Of a stretch of 45,483 nucleotides of DNA, positions 27,667-35,933 are shown piece by piece. The stretch lies in the NCBI GenBank assembly GCA_003670865.1, contig QWQJ01000070.1, positions 1 through 45,483 on the forward strand, read 5' to 3'. The translations under genes were made by a program, and so were the position numbers. The notes under the pieces were generated by a model. The model saw nothing but the letters and a program-made list of their open reading frames with translations. It searched no databases and had not been told where the DNA came from. This DNA is from Planctomycetota bacterium (GTDB taxonomy: Bacteria > Planctomycetota > Planctomycetia > Pirellulales > UBA1268). Position 1 is the first letter of the stretch, and each line of letters starts with the position of its first letter.

Positions 27667-28500
27667 ATGCCACTCTTCATCACCCCACTCACTCTGCCGG
27701 CAAATGGGCCGCTCTGGATCGATCTCTCCGGCATCACGCCCGATCGGCTCGCCGATTTGTCGCTGAGTCAGATTGAACGATTGCCTCTTCTGGCCGACGG
27801 TCGCGCGAGTGAATTTGGGCTGCTGTTTTCCGCGAACCGAAGCACAGATGGCAGCGATGGGGCCATCGAATGCGTTGGCGACTTTTCTCGCGTGCACCGC
27901 ATCGGTGCAAAAATGACTATCGGCACAATCGTTGTCCAAGGCGATGCGGGCCGACACGCAGGCGAGGCGATGACAGGCGGCACGCTGACAATCACAGGCG
28001 ACGCCGGGGATTGGTTAGCGGCTGAAATGACTGGCGGCACGCTCCGGGTTGGTGGCCGAGCGGGCGACAATGTGGCTGGTGCCCTGCCGGGGAGTCGCGC
28101 TGGGATGCAGGGTGGGGTGGTCGTAATCGCCGGTGACGTTGGCTGCCTAGCTGGAGCGAGGATGCGTCGCGGCATGTTGGCGATTGGCGGCGACTGCGGC
28201 GCGGGCGTTGCTTTTGAAATGAGGGCCGGCACCGCCCTTGTGGCCGGCCGCATTGGCGAGAACCCCTGCCTGGGCATGAAGCGTGGCACTTTGATTGCTC
28301 TGGCGAGCATTCCCGCCTTATCTCCGACATTCCAGCGTGGTAGCGTCTGGTCGCCAACATTCATGCCGCTTCTGGCAAACCGCTTGGCACGGGCCCACTT
28401 TCAACCCGCCAAATCCGCCGGGGATCTTTGCCAAGGCAAATGGCAGCAGTGGCACGGCGACACGCTCTACGGAGGTCGAGGAGAAGTTTTTCATCGATGA
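27667..28500 (+). CDS. fhcC: FhcC/FwdC-like subunit C (GXGXG repeat beta-helix)
   Basis: 277 aa. It contains repeated 'GDAGxxxGxxMxGGxLxxxG' units ('GDAGRHAGEAMTGGTLTITGDAGDWLAAEMTGGTLRVGGRAGDNVAG...'), which are diagnostic of subunit C of formylmethanofuran dehydrogenase and the Fhc complex. Confidence 0.8.
   Translation: MPLFITPLTLPANGPLWIDLSGITPDRLADLSLSQIERLPLLADGRASEFGLLFSANRSTDGSDGAIECVGDFSRVHRIGAKMTIGTIVVQGDAGRHAGEAMTGGTLTITGDAGDWLAAEMTGGTLRVGGRAGDNVAGALPGSRAGMQGGVVVIAGDVGCLAGARMRRGMLAIGGDCGAGVAFEMRAGTALVAGRIGENPCLGMKRGTLIALASIPALSPTFQRGSVWSPTFMPLLANRLARAHFQPAKSAGDLCQGKWQQWHGDTLYGGRGEVFHR
28284..28299 (+). promoter_or_regulatory. sequence identical to the sigma54 -24/-12 consensus (TGGCAC-N5-TTGCT)
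   Basis: TGGCACtttgaTTGCT was read directly, with GG at 28285-86 and GC at 28297-98 (GG-N10-GC). It lies inside the fhcC coding sequence, and a chance match is plausible. Confidence 0.25.
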
Positions 28501-28612
28501 CTCCACCCTTGCCCCACGAAAAACCCCCGACTTTTCACCACCGCTTCCGTCAGCACCGCCTTTCGACTAGTCTTTGACAGTTCGTTTCGTTTTGAACCCG
28601 AAGAGATGCTTC

Positions 28613-28646
28613 CTCGATTCATCTCGATTTATATTCCTCGATTCAT
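28613..28646 (+). promoter_or_regulatory. three copies of the decamer CTCGATT(C/T)AT in the rpsL leader/promoter region
   Basis: The copies are ctcgattcat at 28613-22, ctcgatttat at 28623-32 and ctcgattcat at 28637-46. The 13-mer TTCCTCGATTCAT repeats exactly at 28610 and 28634. The last copy ends 22 nt before the rpsL ATG. The function is unknown. Confidence 0.4.
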
Positions 28647-28668
28647 ATTCTTAGATCCGCCATTTTGT

Positions 28669-29037
28669 ATGCCAACGATTAGCCAGCTAGTTCGCAGTCG
28701 CCGCCGTCCGAAGCGGAAGTTCTCCAAGTCTCCAGTGCTCGACCGCTGCCCACAAAAGCGCGGCGTCTGCCTGCAGGTTCGGACGATGACACCAAAGAAA
28801 CCAAATTCGGCTCTCCGCAAGATCGCCCGCGTGCGACTCTCCAACACCAAGGAAGTGACTGTCTACATTCCAGGTGAAGGCCACAACTTGCAGGAGCACT
28901 CGATCGTGCTCGTCCGAGGTGGTCGCGTTCGCGATCTTCCGGGCGTTCGCTACCACATTGTCCGCGGTGCCCTCGACACGCTCGGTGTGCAAGGTCGCAA
29001 GCAGTCACGCAGTCTCTACGGTGCCAAAAAGGGCTAA
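28669..29037 (+). CDS. rpsL: 30S ribosomal protein S12
   Basis: The sequence '[15 protein letters not shown]...[57 protein letters not shown]' is unmistakably S12. The ATG is at 28669. Confidence 0.97.
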   Translation: MPTISQLVRSRRRPKRKFSKSPVLDRCPQKRGVCLQVRTMTPKKPNSALRKIARVRLSNTKEVTVYIPGEGHNLQEHSIVLVRGGRVRDLPGVRYHIVRGALDTLGVQGRKQSRSLYGAKKG

Positions 29038-29062
29038 TTAAAAAGGGTTGATTTAGAAAATC

Positions 29063-29533
29063 ATGGGAAAGATCACATCGAGTCGCGAGCAACTCATCCC
29101 CGACCCACGCTATGGGTCTTTGCTGGCCAGCAAGTTTATCAACTGCCTGATGTATGACGGCAAGAAGAGCATCGCTCAGGGCGTCTTCTATCGGGCGATG
29201 GACATCGTCGCCACAAAAGTGACGGATGCTGAGCCGATTGAGATTTTCAATCGCGCTATTGAAAATATTAAGCCGGCCGTTGAAGTGCGTTCCAAACGAG
29301 TGGGCGGTGCCGCCTACCAGGTGCCGATGCAGGTCAATCGCAACCGTCAACAATCTCTGGGTATTCGCTGGATGCTGCAAGCTGTCCGCGAGAAGAAGGG
29401 CCGCGCCACTCACGAAAAGCTGGCGGAAGAAATCGTGGCGGCCTACAAACGCGAAGGTGCTGCTGTCACTAAGCGTGATAATGTGCACCGTATGGCCGAT
29501 GCTAATAAGGCATTTGCGCACTTTGCCTGGTAG
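29063..29533 (+). CDS. rpsG: 30S ribosomal protein S7
   Basis: 156 aa reading '...DPRYGS.LLASKFINCLMYDGKKSIAQ...VEVRSKRVGGAAYQVPMQV...REGAAVTKRDNVHRMADANKAFAHF', which is canonical S7. It starts 25 nt after rpsL. Confidence 0.97.
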   Translation: MGKITSSREQLIPDPRYGSLLASKFINCLMYDGKKSIAQGVFYRAMDIVATKVTDAEPIEIFNRAIENIKPAVEVRSKRVGGAAYQVPMQVNRNRQQSLGIRWMLQAVREKKGRATHEKLAEEIVAAYKREGAAVTKRDNVHRMADANKAFAHFAW

Positions 29534-29623
29534 TGCTTGCTGGTCTTCGTGCGACTATAGCTGGTCTGGCATGCTGATGTTTCAGTGCAGGGCTCGCCCA
29601 CACTGTCAGTAAGGGGGCGATTT

Positions 29624-31540
29624 TTATCGCACTTTGACTTGCATAGGCATCCTCATCAGCGGACGGCCCGACGAGAGTTGCACAAGGGCTTCGGCCTGAG
29701 TGGCTAGGGCATCTACCCCTAGCACTCCCGCAATTTTTGCCAGCAAAGCAGCCCGCAGCAGGATCTCACCAGTACCACTTTTTCCAGTCGCCGTCCCTCG
29801 GGCCAGCGGGGTTTTGGTAGCCCCCGCCATCCCAAACAAATCGTCGAAGAGGCCACGCGGTTCTGGCAGTAAAATTCGTTCGAGTTCTTCGTTCTCCTCA
29901 ATACCCGCCAGCTTTCTGGCCTCGTCAATCGCCTCCTCAAGAGTACCCAAACGGTCTACCAGTCCGAGTTCTTTGGCCATTCGACCAGTAAACACTCTCC
30001 CCTCGGCAAGCGTGGCGATCTTTTCCATATCGAGTTTGCGACCGGCAGCCACCTTCGATGTAAATAAGCGGTAGACATCCTTCATGGTGGCTAAAAAAAC
30101 CGCTCGCTCTTCGGCGGTAAATGGCGTCTGCATCGACAGCCACCCGGCGTTACGGCCCTTGCTCACCACATCGGTGTGTACGCCAAACTTTTCCATCGCT
30201 CCACCAATAGCGATCTTGCCTCCCACCACGCCGATCGAGCCAGTCAGCGTGCCGGGAGCGGCCACAATTTTGTCGGCTGCTACGGCCACATAGTAGCCGC
30301 CGCTCGCTGCGATGTCGGACAGGCTGGCCACGATCGGTTTTTCCGTCCGCTCGACCTCACGCCAGATGAGATCACTGGCCAACGCAGAACCACCGGGCGA
30401 ATCGATCCGCAGCACAATTGCCACCACCTGCTCATCTTTGGCGGCATCCCGAATTGCCTCAATCACGCTGGCACTGCCTGCTGATCCGCCACCAAGCAGA
30501 TCGTCGGAGCCCTTCCCTTCCTTGATTTCACCCGTCAAGTGAACGATGGCAACCTGCTTTTTTTTGCCGCCGGCAGACTGCTGTTTCTGGCCAGAGAGCA
30601 TCTCCACGAGCTTTACTAACCCGCCAATGCCGGAAAAGTCACTGTCTATTTTTTGCTCGGCATAATCTCGAGCCAGCTTTGGAGCGTCGACCTTGATCGC
30701 ACCGGCCAGTGCGGTCACAACTTCATCTTCATAACCGACCGCATCGATCAGCTTGGCCTCGCGGGCAGATTCAGGCGTAAACACACCGATATCAATAAAT
30801 TCTCGCACTCCGTCCAGCGGTAACTTTCTATCGGCAGCAATCCGTTCCACCATCTGTTCGTAGAGATCACCCACAAAGCTTTCATACTGCGTACGAAGCT
30901 GCGGACTCATGCTTGTGCGAGTCAGTGGTTCGCCCGCCCCTTTAAACTCACCGACCTGTAGAATCTCCGCCTCAACGCCCAGTTTGTCGAGCATCGCCTT
31001 AAAAAACGTTACTTCTGTCCGCACGCCCGTGATCTCCAGCGTCGCTGCGGGGGGCATCGTAATCGTGTCGCAGGCCGTTGCCAGCATGTAGTGGACAGGC
31101 TCTGAGCTGATCAGATACGCGGCCACCGGCTTGCCCGCCTTTTTCACCCGTGCAATAGCTCCCCGTAATTCGTCGGCCCGGGCACGACCTAAGTCTGGCG
31201 ACTCGATCGACAGCAGCACCGCTTTGACGCGAGCGTCGCCTGCTGCCTTGTCGAGCCGCTCAACAACGCGGTGTAAATGTGGGGAAACATCGGCCAACAG
31301 CCCCCCCTGCCCGACACCATCGGGGATCGACCCGGCCAGCGTAATTTGGGCTATCGTGGCGGTGACTTTTTTCGGAGTCGCTTTTTCAGCGACTTTTTTG
31401 GCCGGTTTTTCGGCTACGGCAGGCTCGCCTCGCAGCGGCCTAGCGTCACTGGCAAGGCCTGCTGCCATCGCCAAGAGGAGTAAAAACGCATGGCCACAAC
31501 GCGCCCTCGCTGAAACAGCCGACAGAAGCAAACGGATCAT
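29624..31540 (-). CDS. sppA: signal peptide peptidase SppA, 67K (two-domain) type
   Basis: It has two tandem ClpP/crotonase-like S49 domains ('VKAVLLSIESPDLG', 'VVAIVLRIDSPGGSALASD...ASGGYYVA'). I chose the ATG at 31540 (MIRLLLSAV..., signal-like); an upstream ATG at 31600 is possible. Confidence 0.85.
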   Translation of the reverse strand: MIRLLLSAVSARARCGHAFLLLLAMAAGLASDARPLRGEPAVAEKPAKKVAEKATPKKVTATIAQITLAGSIPDGVGQGGLLADVSPHLHRVVERLDKAAGDARVKAVLLSIESPDLGRARADELRGAIARVKKAGKPVAAYLISSEPVHYMLATACDTITMPPAATLEITGVRTEVTFFKAMLDKLGVEAEILQVGEFKGAGEPLTRTSMSPQLRTQYESFVGDLYEQMVERIAADRKLPLDGVREFIDIGVFTPESAREAKLIDAVGYEDEVVTALAGAIKVDAPKLARDYAEQKIDSDFSGIGGLVKLVEMLSGQKQQSAGGKKKQVAIVHLTGEIKEGKGSDDLLGGGSAGSASVIEAIRDAAKDEQVVAIVLRIDSPGGSALASDLIWREVERTEKPIVASLSDIAASGGYYVAVAADKIVAAPGTLTGSIGVVGGKIAIGGAMEKFGVHTDVVSKGRNAGWLSMQTPFTAEERAVFLATMKDVYRLFTSKVAAGRKLDMEKIATLAEGRVFTGRMAKELGLVDRLGTLEEAIDEARKLAGIEENEELERILLPEPRGLFDDLFGMAGATKTPLARGTATGKSGTGEILLRAALLAKIAGVLGVDALATQAEALVQLSSGRPLMRMPMQVKVR

Positions 31541-31560
31541 TTTTCTGGCTCCTCTAAGAG

Positions 31561-31662
31561 TAGGTGGCGATGAGTAGGTGGCGATGCATAAGCAAAGCAT
31601 TCCAATGCCCTCCCGTCGTTATAGCCCCGCAGAGGAGACATGGCGATAGGACAGATGGCGAT
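31561..31662. repeat. four copies of TGGCGAT in two closely spaced pairs in the sppA-lexA divergent region
   Basis: TAGGTGGCGATG occurs twice (31561-72 and 31575-86), and ATGGCGAT occurs twice (31640-47 and 31655-62). The core TGGCGAT sits at 31565, 31579, 31641 and 31656. A regulatory role is inference. Confidence 0.5.
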
Positions 31663-31811
31663 GCGCTATTTTAGTCTGAGTGGAGTGATTTCCGTCTGCT
31701 CAAAAAAAGTGGCCGGATGGGCTTGAAAATGGACGGCCGTATAGTAAGATACGATCGTGCACTCCTGTTCCATTATTACCTTCCGAGGCAGGCTCGACAC
31801 GCCTGAAGCAT

Positions 31812-32582
31812 ATGGCAAAAATAACGACCAAACGCAAAACTGCCCGCACGACAAAGGCACCCCGCTCCGGCAGTGCCGTTCGCAAAACCAAAGCCCGTCG
31901 TTCGGCAGCCCGCCTAGCGGCAGTGCGAAGCATCTCTTCAGCATCCGGGAATCTCTTTCCTTCCCAAAAAACCGTGGTCGATGATGTTCCGGGTGATCTG
32001 CCCACAGAGCGACAAATGGAGATTTATGAATTCATTCGCGACAAAATTCATTCCCGGGGCTACGGGCCGACAGTCCGCGAGATCGGATTGGGCTTCAAAA
32101 TTCGCTCCCCCAACGGAGTGGTCTGTCACCTCAAGGCATTGGAACGCAAGGGGTTGATTTCCCGAGGTAAAAATATGTCGCGGGCCATTGAGTTGTTGGC
32201 CGAGCCAGCTCACCGCAGAGGCCTTCCGATGGCTGGCTGGGTCGCGGCGGGGTCGCTGCGGGTGGCGGAAGAGCAAAACGAACGGATTGACTTTGAAGAG
32301 CTCTTCAACCGTGACAACCACTTCGTGCTCAAAGTGATGGGAGACTCAATGATTGAAGCCCAGATTGCCGATGGCGACTGGGTGGTGATTCAAAAACAAC
32401 ATTCCGCGCATGCCGGCGACATCGTGGTGGCACAGACAGAAGATGGTGAAGCCACGCTCAAGCAATGGTTTCCAGAACGCGACCGCATCCGCTTGCAACC
32501 CGCCAACAGCTCCATGAAGCCTATCTACATCAAAAACGCCCGAGTTCTCGGGGTGTTAGTCGGCGTCGTCCGAAAAACATAG
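31812..32582 (+). CDS. lexA: LexA repressor with a basic N-terminal extension
   Basis: The winged-helix region is 'LPTERQMEIYEFIRDKIHSRGYGPTVREIG..SPNGVVCHLKALERKGLI'. The cleavage site 'VAAGS', catalytic 'GDSM' and 'EATLKQW' Lys are all present. About 60 Lys/Arg/Ala-rich residues precede the conserved start; an internal GTG at 31974 is an alternative start. Confidence 0.85.
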   Translation: MAKITTKRKTARTTKAPRSGSAVRKTKARRSAARLAAVRSISSASGNLFPSQKTVVDDVPGDLPTERQMEIYEFIRDKIHSRGYGPTVREIGLGFKIRSPNGVVCHLKALERKGLISRGKNMSRAIELLAEPAHRRGLPMAGWVAAGSLRVAEEQNERIDFEELFNRDNHFVLKVMGDSMIEAQIADGDWVVIQKQHSAHAGDIVVAQTEDGEATLKQWFPERDRIRLQPANSSMKPIYIKNARVLGVLVGVVRKT

Positions 32583-32599
32583 CTCGTTGGTGACTGCGA

Positions 32600-34021
32600 T
32601 TACGCTCCTCGATCGAGCGAGCTACCGGTGAGATGGTGCAGCTTATTGTAAAGCGTTTTTAAACTGATGCCGAGCTCATCGGCCGTGCGTGCCTTGTTGC
32701 CCTGATGACGATTGAGTGCAGCCAGGATCGCCTGCATTTCTAGGTCTCGCAGGCTGATCGGTTTATCGCTGGCTGCCGATTCTAAGACCGCTGAGTGGGT
32801 AAACGACTGGCCGCCAATGCCAGTGATCGCTCCAGTGACGTAAGACGGTGCTGACAGGGCCCCCAGCCGTGCTGGCAGGTGCTCCACTGACAAAGGCAGG
32901 TCATCGCACAGCACCAGCGCGTGTTCAACCACGTTGGCCAACTCGCGAATATTGCCCGGCCAGCGATGGCCAGCCAGCACCTCCAGCACTTCGGCATCGA
33001 CCACCGCCAACTCCGCTGGGGTCTGCGGTCGCTGGGTTCGGACAAAATGCCGCACCAGCACCGGCAGGTCTTCGAGGCGTTCGCGCAATGGTGGAATTGC
33101 AATTTCAAATGTGTTGATCCGGAAGAGCAAATCTTCTCGAAAAGTGCCTGCAGCCACCATCTCTTCAAGGGCTCTGTGTGTGGCACAGACGACGCGCACA
33201 TCGACTGTGATCGGATGGTTGTCGCCAACGCGACGGATCTCGCCACTCTCCAAGGCTCGCAACAAACGCGACTGCAGCGACCGTGGCAACTCGCCAATTT
33301 CATCTAGAAAGAGCGTCCCGCCGTCAGCCACTTCAAAGAGTCCGGCGCGGTGTTCGTCGGCGCCTGTAAAGGCTCCCTTGCGATGGCCGAAGAGTTCGCT
33401 TTCGACCAGATGCTCGGGCAACGCGCCGCAGTTCACGGCAACCAGCGGCCCAGCGGCCCGCGAACTACCCTCGTGAATGGCTCGGGCCACTAACTCCTTG
33501 CCGGTACCTGTTTCACCTCGCACCAGCACGCTTGAATCACTGCGAGCGACACGTGCGATCAATTTTCGCACTCGCTCCAAGCCATTGGATGCGCCGATCA
33601 GGTGCGTTGTGCCTTCTGCACGACGGACGCGACCTTCCAGAGCTCGCAGCCGGGCCGTCAACTCTCGCTTCTTACGCACCCGCTCCAGCACAGCCTGAAT
33701 CTCCACCAGCTTGCAGGGCTTTGTGAGGTAATCAAAAACTCCCGATCGCACGGCGGCTACTGCGCTCTCAAGCGATGACTTGCCGGTGATGATCACAGCT
33801 TCCGTGTCGGGCGACACCTCACGCACCCGCGCGATCACATCCAGTCCACCCACCCCCGGCATGTCCAGATCGACGACGACGCAGTCGTATGCTGTGCGAT
33901 CAAGCGCCGCAATCGCCGTGCGGCCATCCGGGCAGACAGTCGCCTCGTGGCCCAGTCGAGGCAATTCAATCCGCATCAATTCCTGAATCGAAGCCTCGTC
34001 ATCGGCAAACAGAATTCGCAT
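32600..34021 (-). CDS. sigma54-dependent response regulator (NtrC family: REC + AAA+ + Fis-type HTH)
   Basis: The REC domain reads 'MRILFADDE...VVDLDMPG'. The AAA+ domain has 'GETGTGKE', 'ESELFGHRKGAFTGA' and 'GGTLFLDEIGELP'. The C-terminal HTH is 'KARTADELGISLKTLYNKL'. The ATG at 34021 lies 4 nt after the kinase stop, and the track ORF is over-extended. Confidence 0.9.
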   Translation of the reverse strand: MRILFADDEASIQELMRIELPRLGHEATVCPDGRTAIAALDRTAYDCVVVDLDMPGVGGLDVIARVREVSPDTEAVIITGKSSLESAVAAVRSGVFDYLTKPCKLVEIQAVLERVRKKRELTARLRALEGRVRRAEGTTHLIGASNGLERVRKLIARVARSDSSVLVRGETGTGKELVARAIHEGSSRAAGPLVAVNCGALPEHLVESELFGHRKGAFTGADEHRAGLFEVADGGTLFLDEIGELPRSLQSRLLRALESGEIRRVGDNHPITVDVRVVCATHRALEEMVAAGTFREDLLFRINTFEIAIPPLRERLEDLPVLVRHFVRTQRPQTPAELAVVDAEVLEVLAGHRWPGNIRELANVVEHALVLCDDLPLSVEHLPARLGALSAPSYVTGAITGIGGQSFTHSAVLESAASDKPISLRDLEMQAILAALNRHQGNKARTADELGISLKTLYNKLHHLTGSSLDRGA

Positions 34022-34025
34022 CGGC

Positions 34026-35702
34026 CTAGGCTGCCTGATTGTGATGATCCACCTCCTCGAGCGATTCCTTGCCGATCTCCTTGCTTGCCTCTTTGACGGC
34101 CGGTAAAGGCATGCCGCCGACATCGGCGATCGGCAGCGTGATGAGGAATATTGATCCTTGGTCGGGGCCGGCGCTTGTCGCCTCGATGCGGCCGCCGTGG
34201 TCGGCAATAATACGGTGGACGATGGAGAGCCCCAGTCCTGTCCCCTGCCCTGCCTTGCGGCGTGTGAAGAAGGGTTCAAAGAGGTGCTCCAACACTTCAT
34301 CCGTCATTCCACAGCCATTATCGACTACCGACAACACCGCCTCGCGGCCACTTCGCTTGACGCTTACGCAAACCTTTCCCGACTGGTCAATGCAGTCGAG
34401 GGCATTGACCAGAAGATTGAGCACAACCTGCTTGATCTCTTGCGGATTGACAAGCAACAGCACATCAATGCCTTCTTCAATCTCGATCGTCTTCCCGGCA
34501 AAACGGCCGACGTGCCGGAGCATATCGGCCACATCACTGACCAACGACATGATGGCGGTTGCCTGCCGACGCACCTCCCCGAGCCTAGAAAAGTCGAGCA
34601 ACTTCTCGGTGATTCCCTTGCAACGAAAAGCCTCGTTTTGAATCAGTTCCAGATAGCGTTTGGTGGCCTGCACATCCGCGGCCGTTGCAGTCAGCTTTTC
34701 CAGTCGACTTTCCAGCGACTCAGCACACATCGCGATCGAGGCCAGCGGATTATTGATTTCATGGGCAACTCCGGCCGCCAGAAAGCCGACGCTCGCCAAT
34801 TGCTCGCTACGAATCACCTCTCGCGTGCGAAGTTGCACCTGCCGGTCGAGGTCGTCGCGAATTTCTTGGAATCGCTGTGTCATATCGTTGAGGGCGTGGG
34901 CCAGTTCGGCCATTTCGTCTTGTGTGTCAAGCTCCAGTCGAAAGGCAAAGTCACCGGAAGCCACGCGCCGCGAGCCTTGGCCGAGCAGTCGCAGGGGTCG
35001 AAACACCCAGCGGTAGGTGAGAATGCCTAGGGCTGCCAGCAGGGCCACTGCCGCCATCGCCGATGCTCCTGTTGTAAAGATCAGAGTTCGGTAGCCGATG
35101 CGAACCTCGTGCGAGAGATCATGCAGTCGCTCTTGCAGGTAGCTTGGCAACGCCGCCGAAAGAGTTGCCAATCGTTCCAGATGCGTCTCGATCGCCAGCC
35201 GTTTCCCCAAACGCCACTCCTCTTGGCTTTCAATTTCGGCGAGCTTAGCAGCAGGCTGAATCGATAGGTTTACGAGGTGGCCATCGCCGTCCACGCCTGG
35301 TGGGGCAATCATCTCGATCGTACGCAAGCAAGCCGTGATCTCTCGGGCCGTCTCCCGCTCCCGACTGCGATCTCCGAAGGGCATGTTGTCGAGTTCGCCT
35401 TCTGCCAATTCAAGGGAATAGCGATCAAGGGCCCAAGCGGTTTCAGCCAATTGTTGACTGAAGGATTGATCGCTGGGGTCATGGCCGGAAAACGCCCTTG
35501 CATGGGCCAGCCTGAGCAGGCCGACCGATTCTCCTAATTCACTGGCACGGGGCAATTCCCCCGCACGGCAACTCAGTGCTCGCACGAGTCGGCGATACGA
35601 ATAGACACCCAAAAAGCTACTGGCCGAAAGCGTGACAACCATGCTTCCCACGAGGAGTCCGCCGAACAGCAGCTTATCTCGAATGGGTCGGCGTCTGGGC
35701 AT
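34026..35702 (-). CDS. sensor histidine kinase (2 TM, sensor domain of about 190 aa, HAMP, HisKA, HATPase_c)
   Basis: The H-box is 'AAGVAHEINNPLASI', the N-box 'LLVNALD', and the G-boxes 'DNGCGM' and 'GTGLGLSIV'. The HAMP region is 'FRPLRLLGQGSRRVASGDFAFRLE'. I chose the ATG at 35702. Confidence 0.85.
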   Translation of the reverse strand: MPRRRPIRDKLLFGGLLVGSMVVTLSASSFLGVYSYRRLVRALSCRAGELPRASELGESVGLLRLAHARAFSGHDPSDQSFSQQLAETAWALDRYSLELAEGELDNMPFGDRSRERETAREITACLRTIEMIAPPGVDGDGHLVNLSIQPAAKLAEIESQEEWRLGKRLAIETHLERLATLSAALPSYLQERLHDLSHEVRIGYRTLIFTTGASAMAAVALLAALGILTYRWVFRPLRLLGQGSRRVASGDFAFRLELDTQDEMAELAHALNDMTQRFQEIRDDLDRQVQLRTREVIRSEQLASVGFLAAGVAHEINNPLASIAMCAESLESRLEKLTATAADVQATKRYLELIQNEAFRCKGITEKLLDFSRLGEVRRQATAIMSLVSDVADMLRHVGRFAGKTIEIEEGIDVLLLVNPQEIKQVVLNLLVNALDCIDQSGKVCVSVKRSGREAVLSVVDNGCGMTDEVLEHLFEPFFTRRKAGQGTGLGLSIVHRIIADHGGRIEATSAGPDQGSIFLITLPIADVGGMPLPAVKEASKEIGKESLEEVDHHNQAA

Positions 35703-35933
35703 CTTTGGGCCTTCCTTAACAGCAGAGAACCAATCGACCGCAAGGCCCGGTGGCACTGCGGCCCTCGAACGGTTATTAAAAACGCGCTGTCTTGCTGTGG
35801 AAAAGTAGCAGGAATGACCCCTTTGCCGACAGAGCACTCCTAGCCCTAGATCCCCGTTGACTGCTCGATTCCTCGTTGAGGACAATCGCGGGGCTCAAGA
35901 TTCCCTTTCTCCCGATTATGAAACTCCTTTCCC

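Noticed and set aside
27401-27737. Small ORFs (66 aa and 60 aa, minus strand) in the 345-nt hotdog/fhcC divergent intergenic region
   Set aside because: They have no motifs, one overlaps the fhcC start, and their composition is atypical. The region more likely holds the two divergent promoters. It contains only a weak TGAGCA-N24-TGCTCA inverted repeat and an AAACG(T/C)TTC direct repeat.
28679-29521. 280-aa minus-strand ORF
   Set aside because: It is antisense to rpsL and rpsG, whose identities are unambiguous. It is a shadow ORF.
31765-31780. Possible SOS box CTGTTCCATTATTACC upstream of lexA, next to the palindromes ACGATCGT (31751-58) and GTGCAC (31757-62)
   Set aside because: Only the CTGT half of CTGT-N8-ACAG is present, and it does not fit GAAC-N4-GTTC or GTTC-N7-GTTC either. 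The short palindromes are too small to be meaningful on their own.
35751-35765. TGGCAC in the kinase/FkbM intergenic region as a sigma54 promoter
   Set aside because: The -12 position reads CCCT instead of TTGC, and no GC sits at the required spacing.
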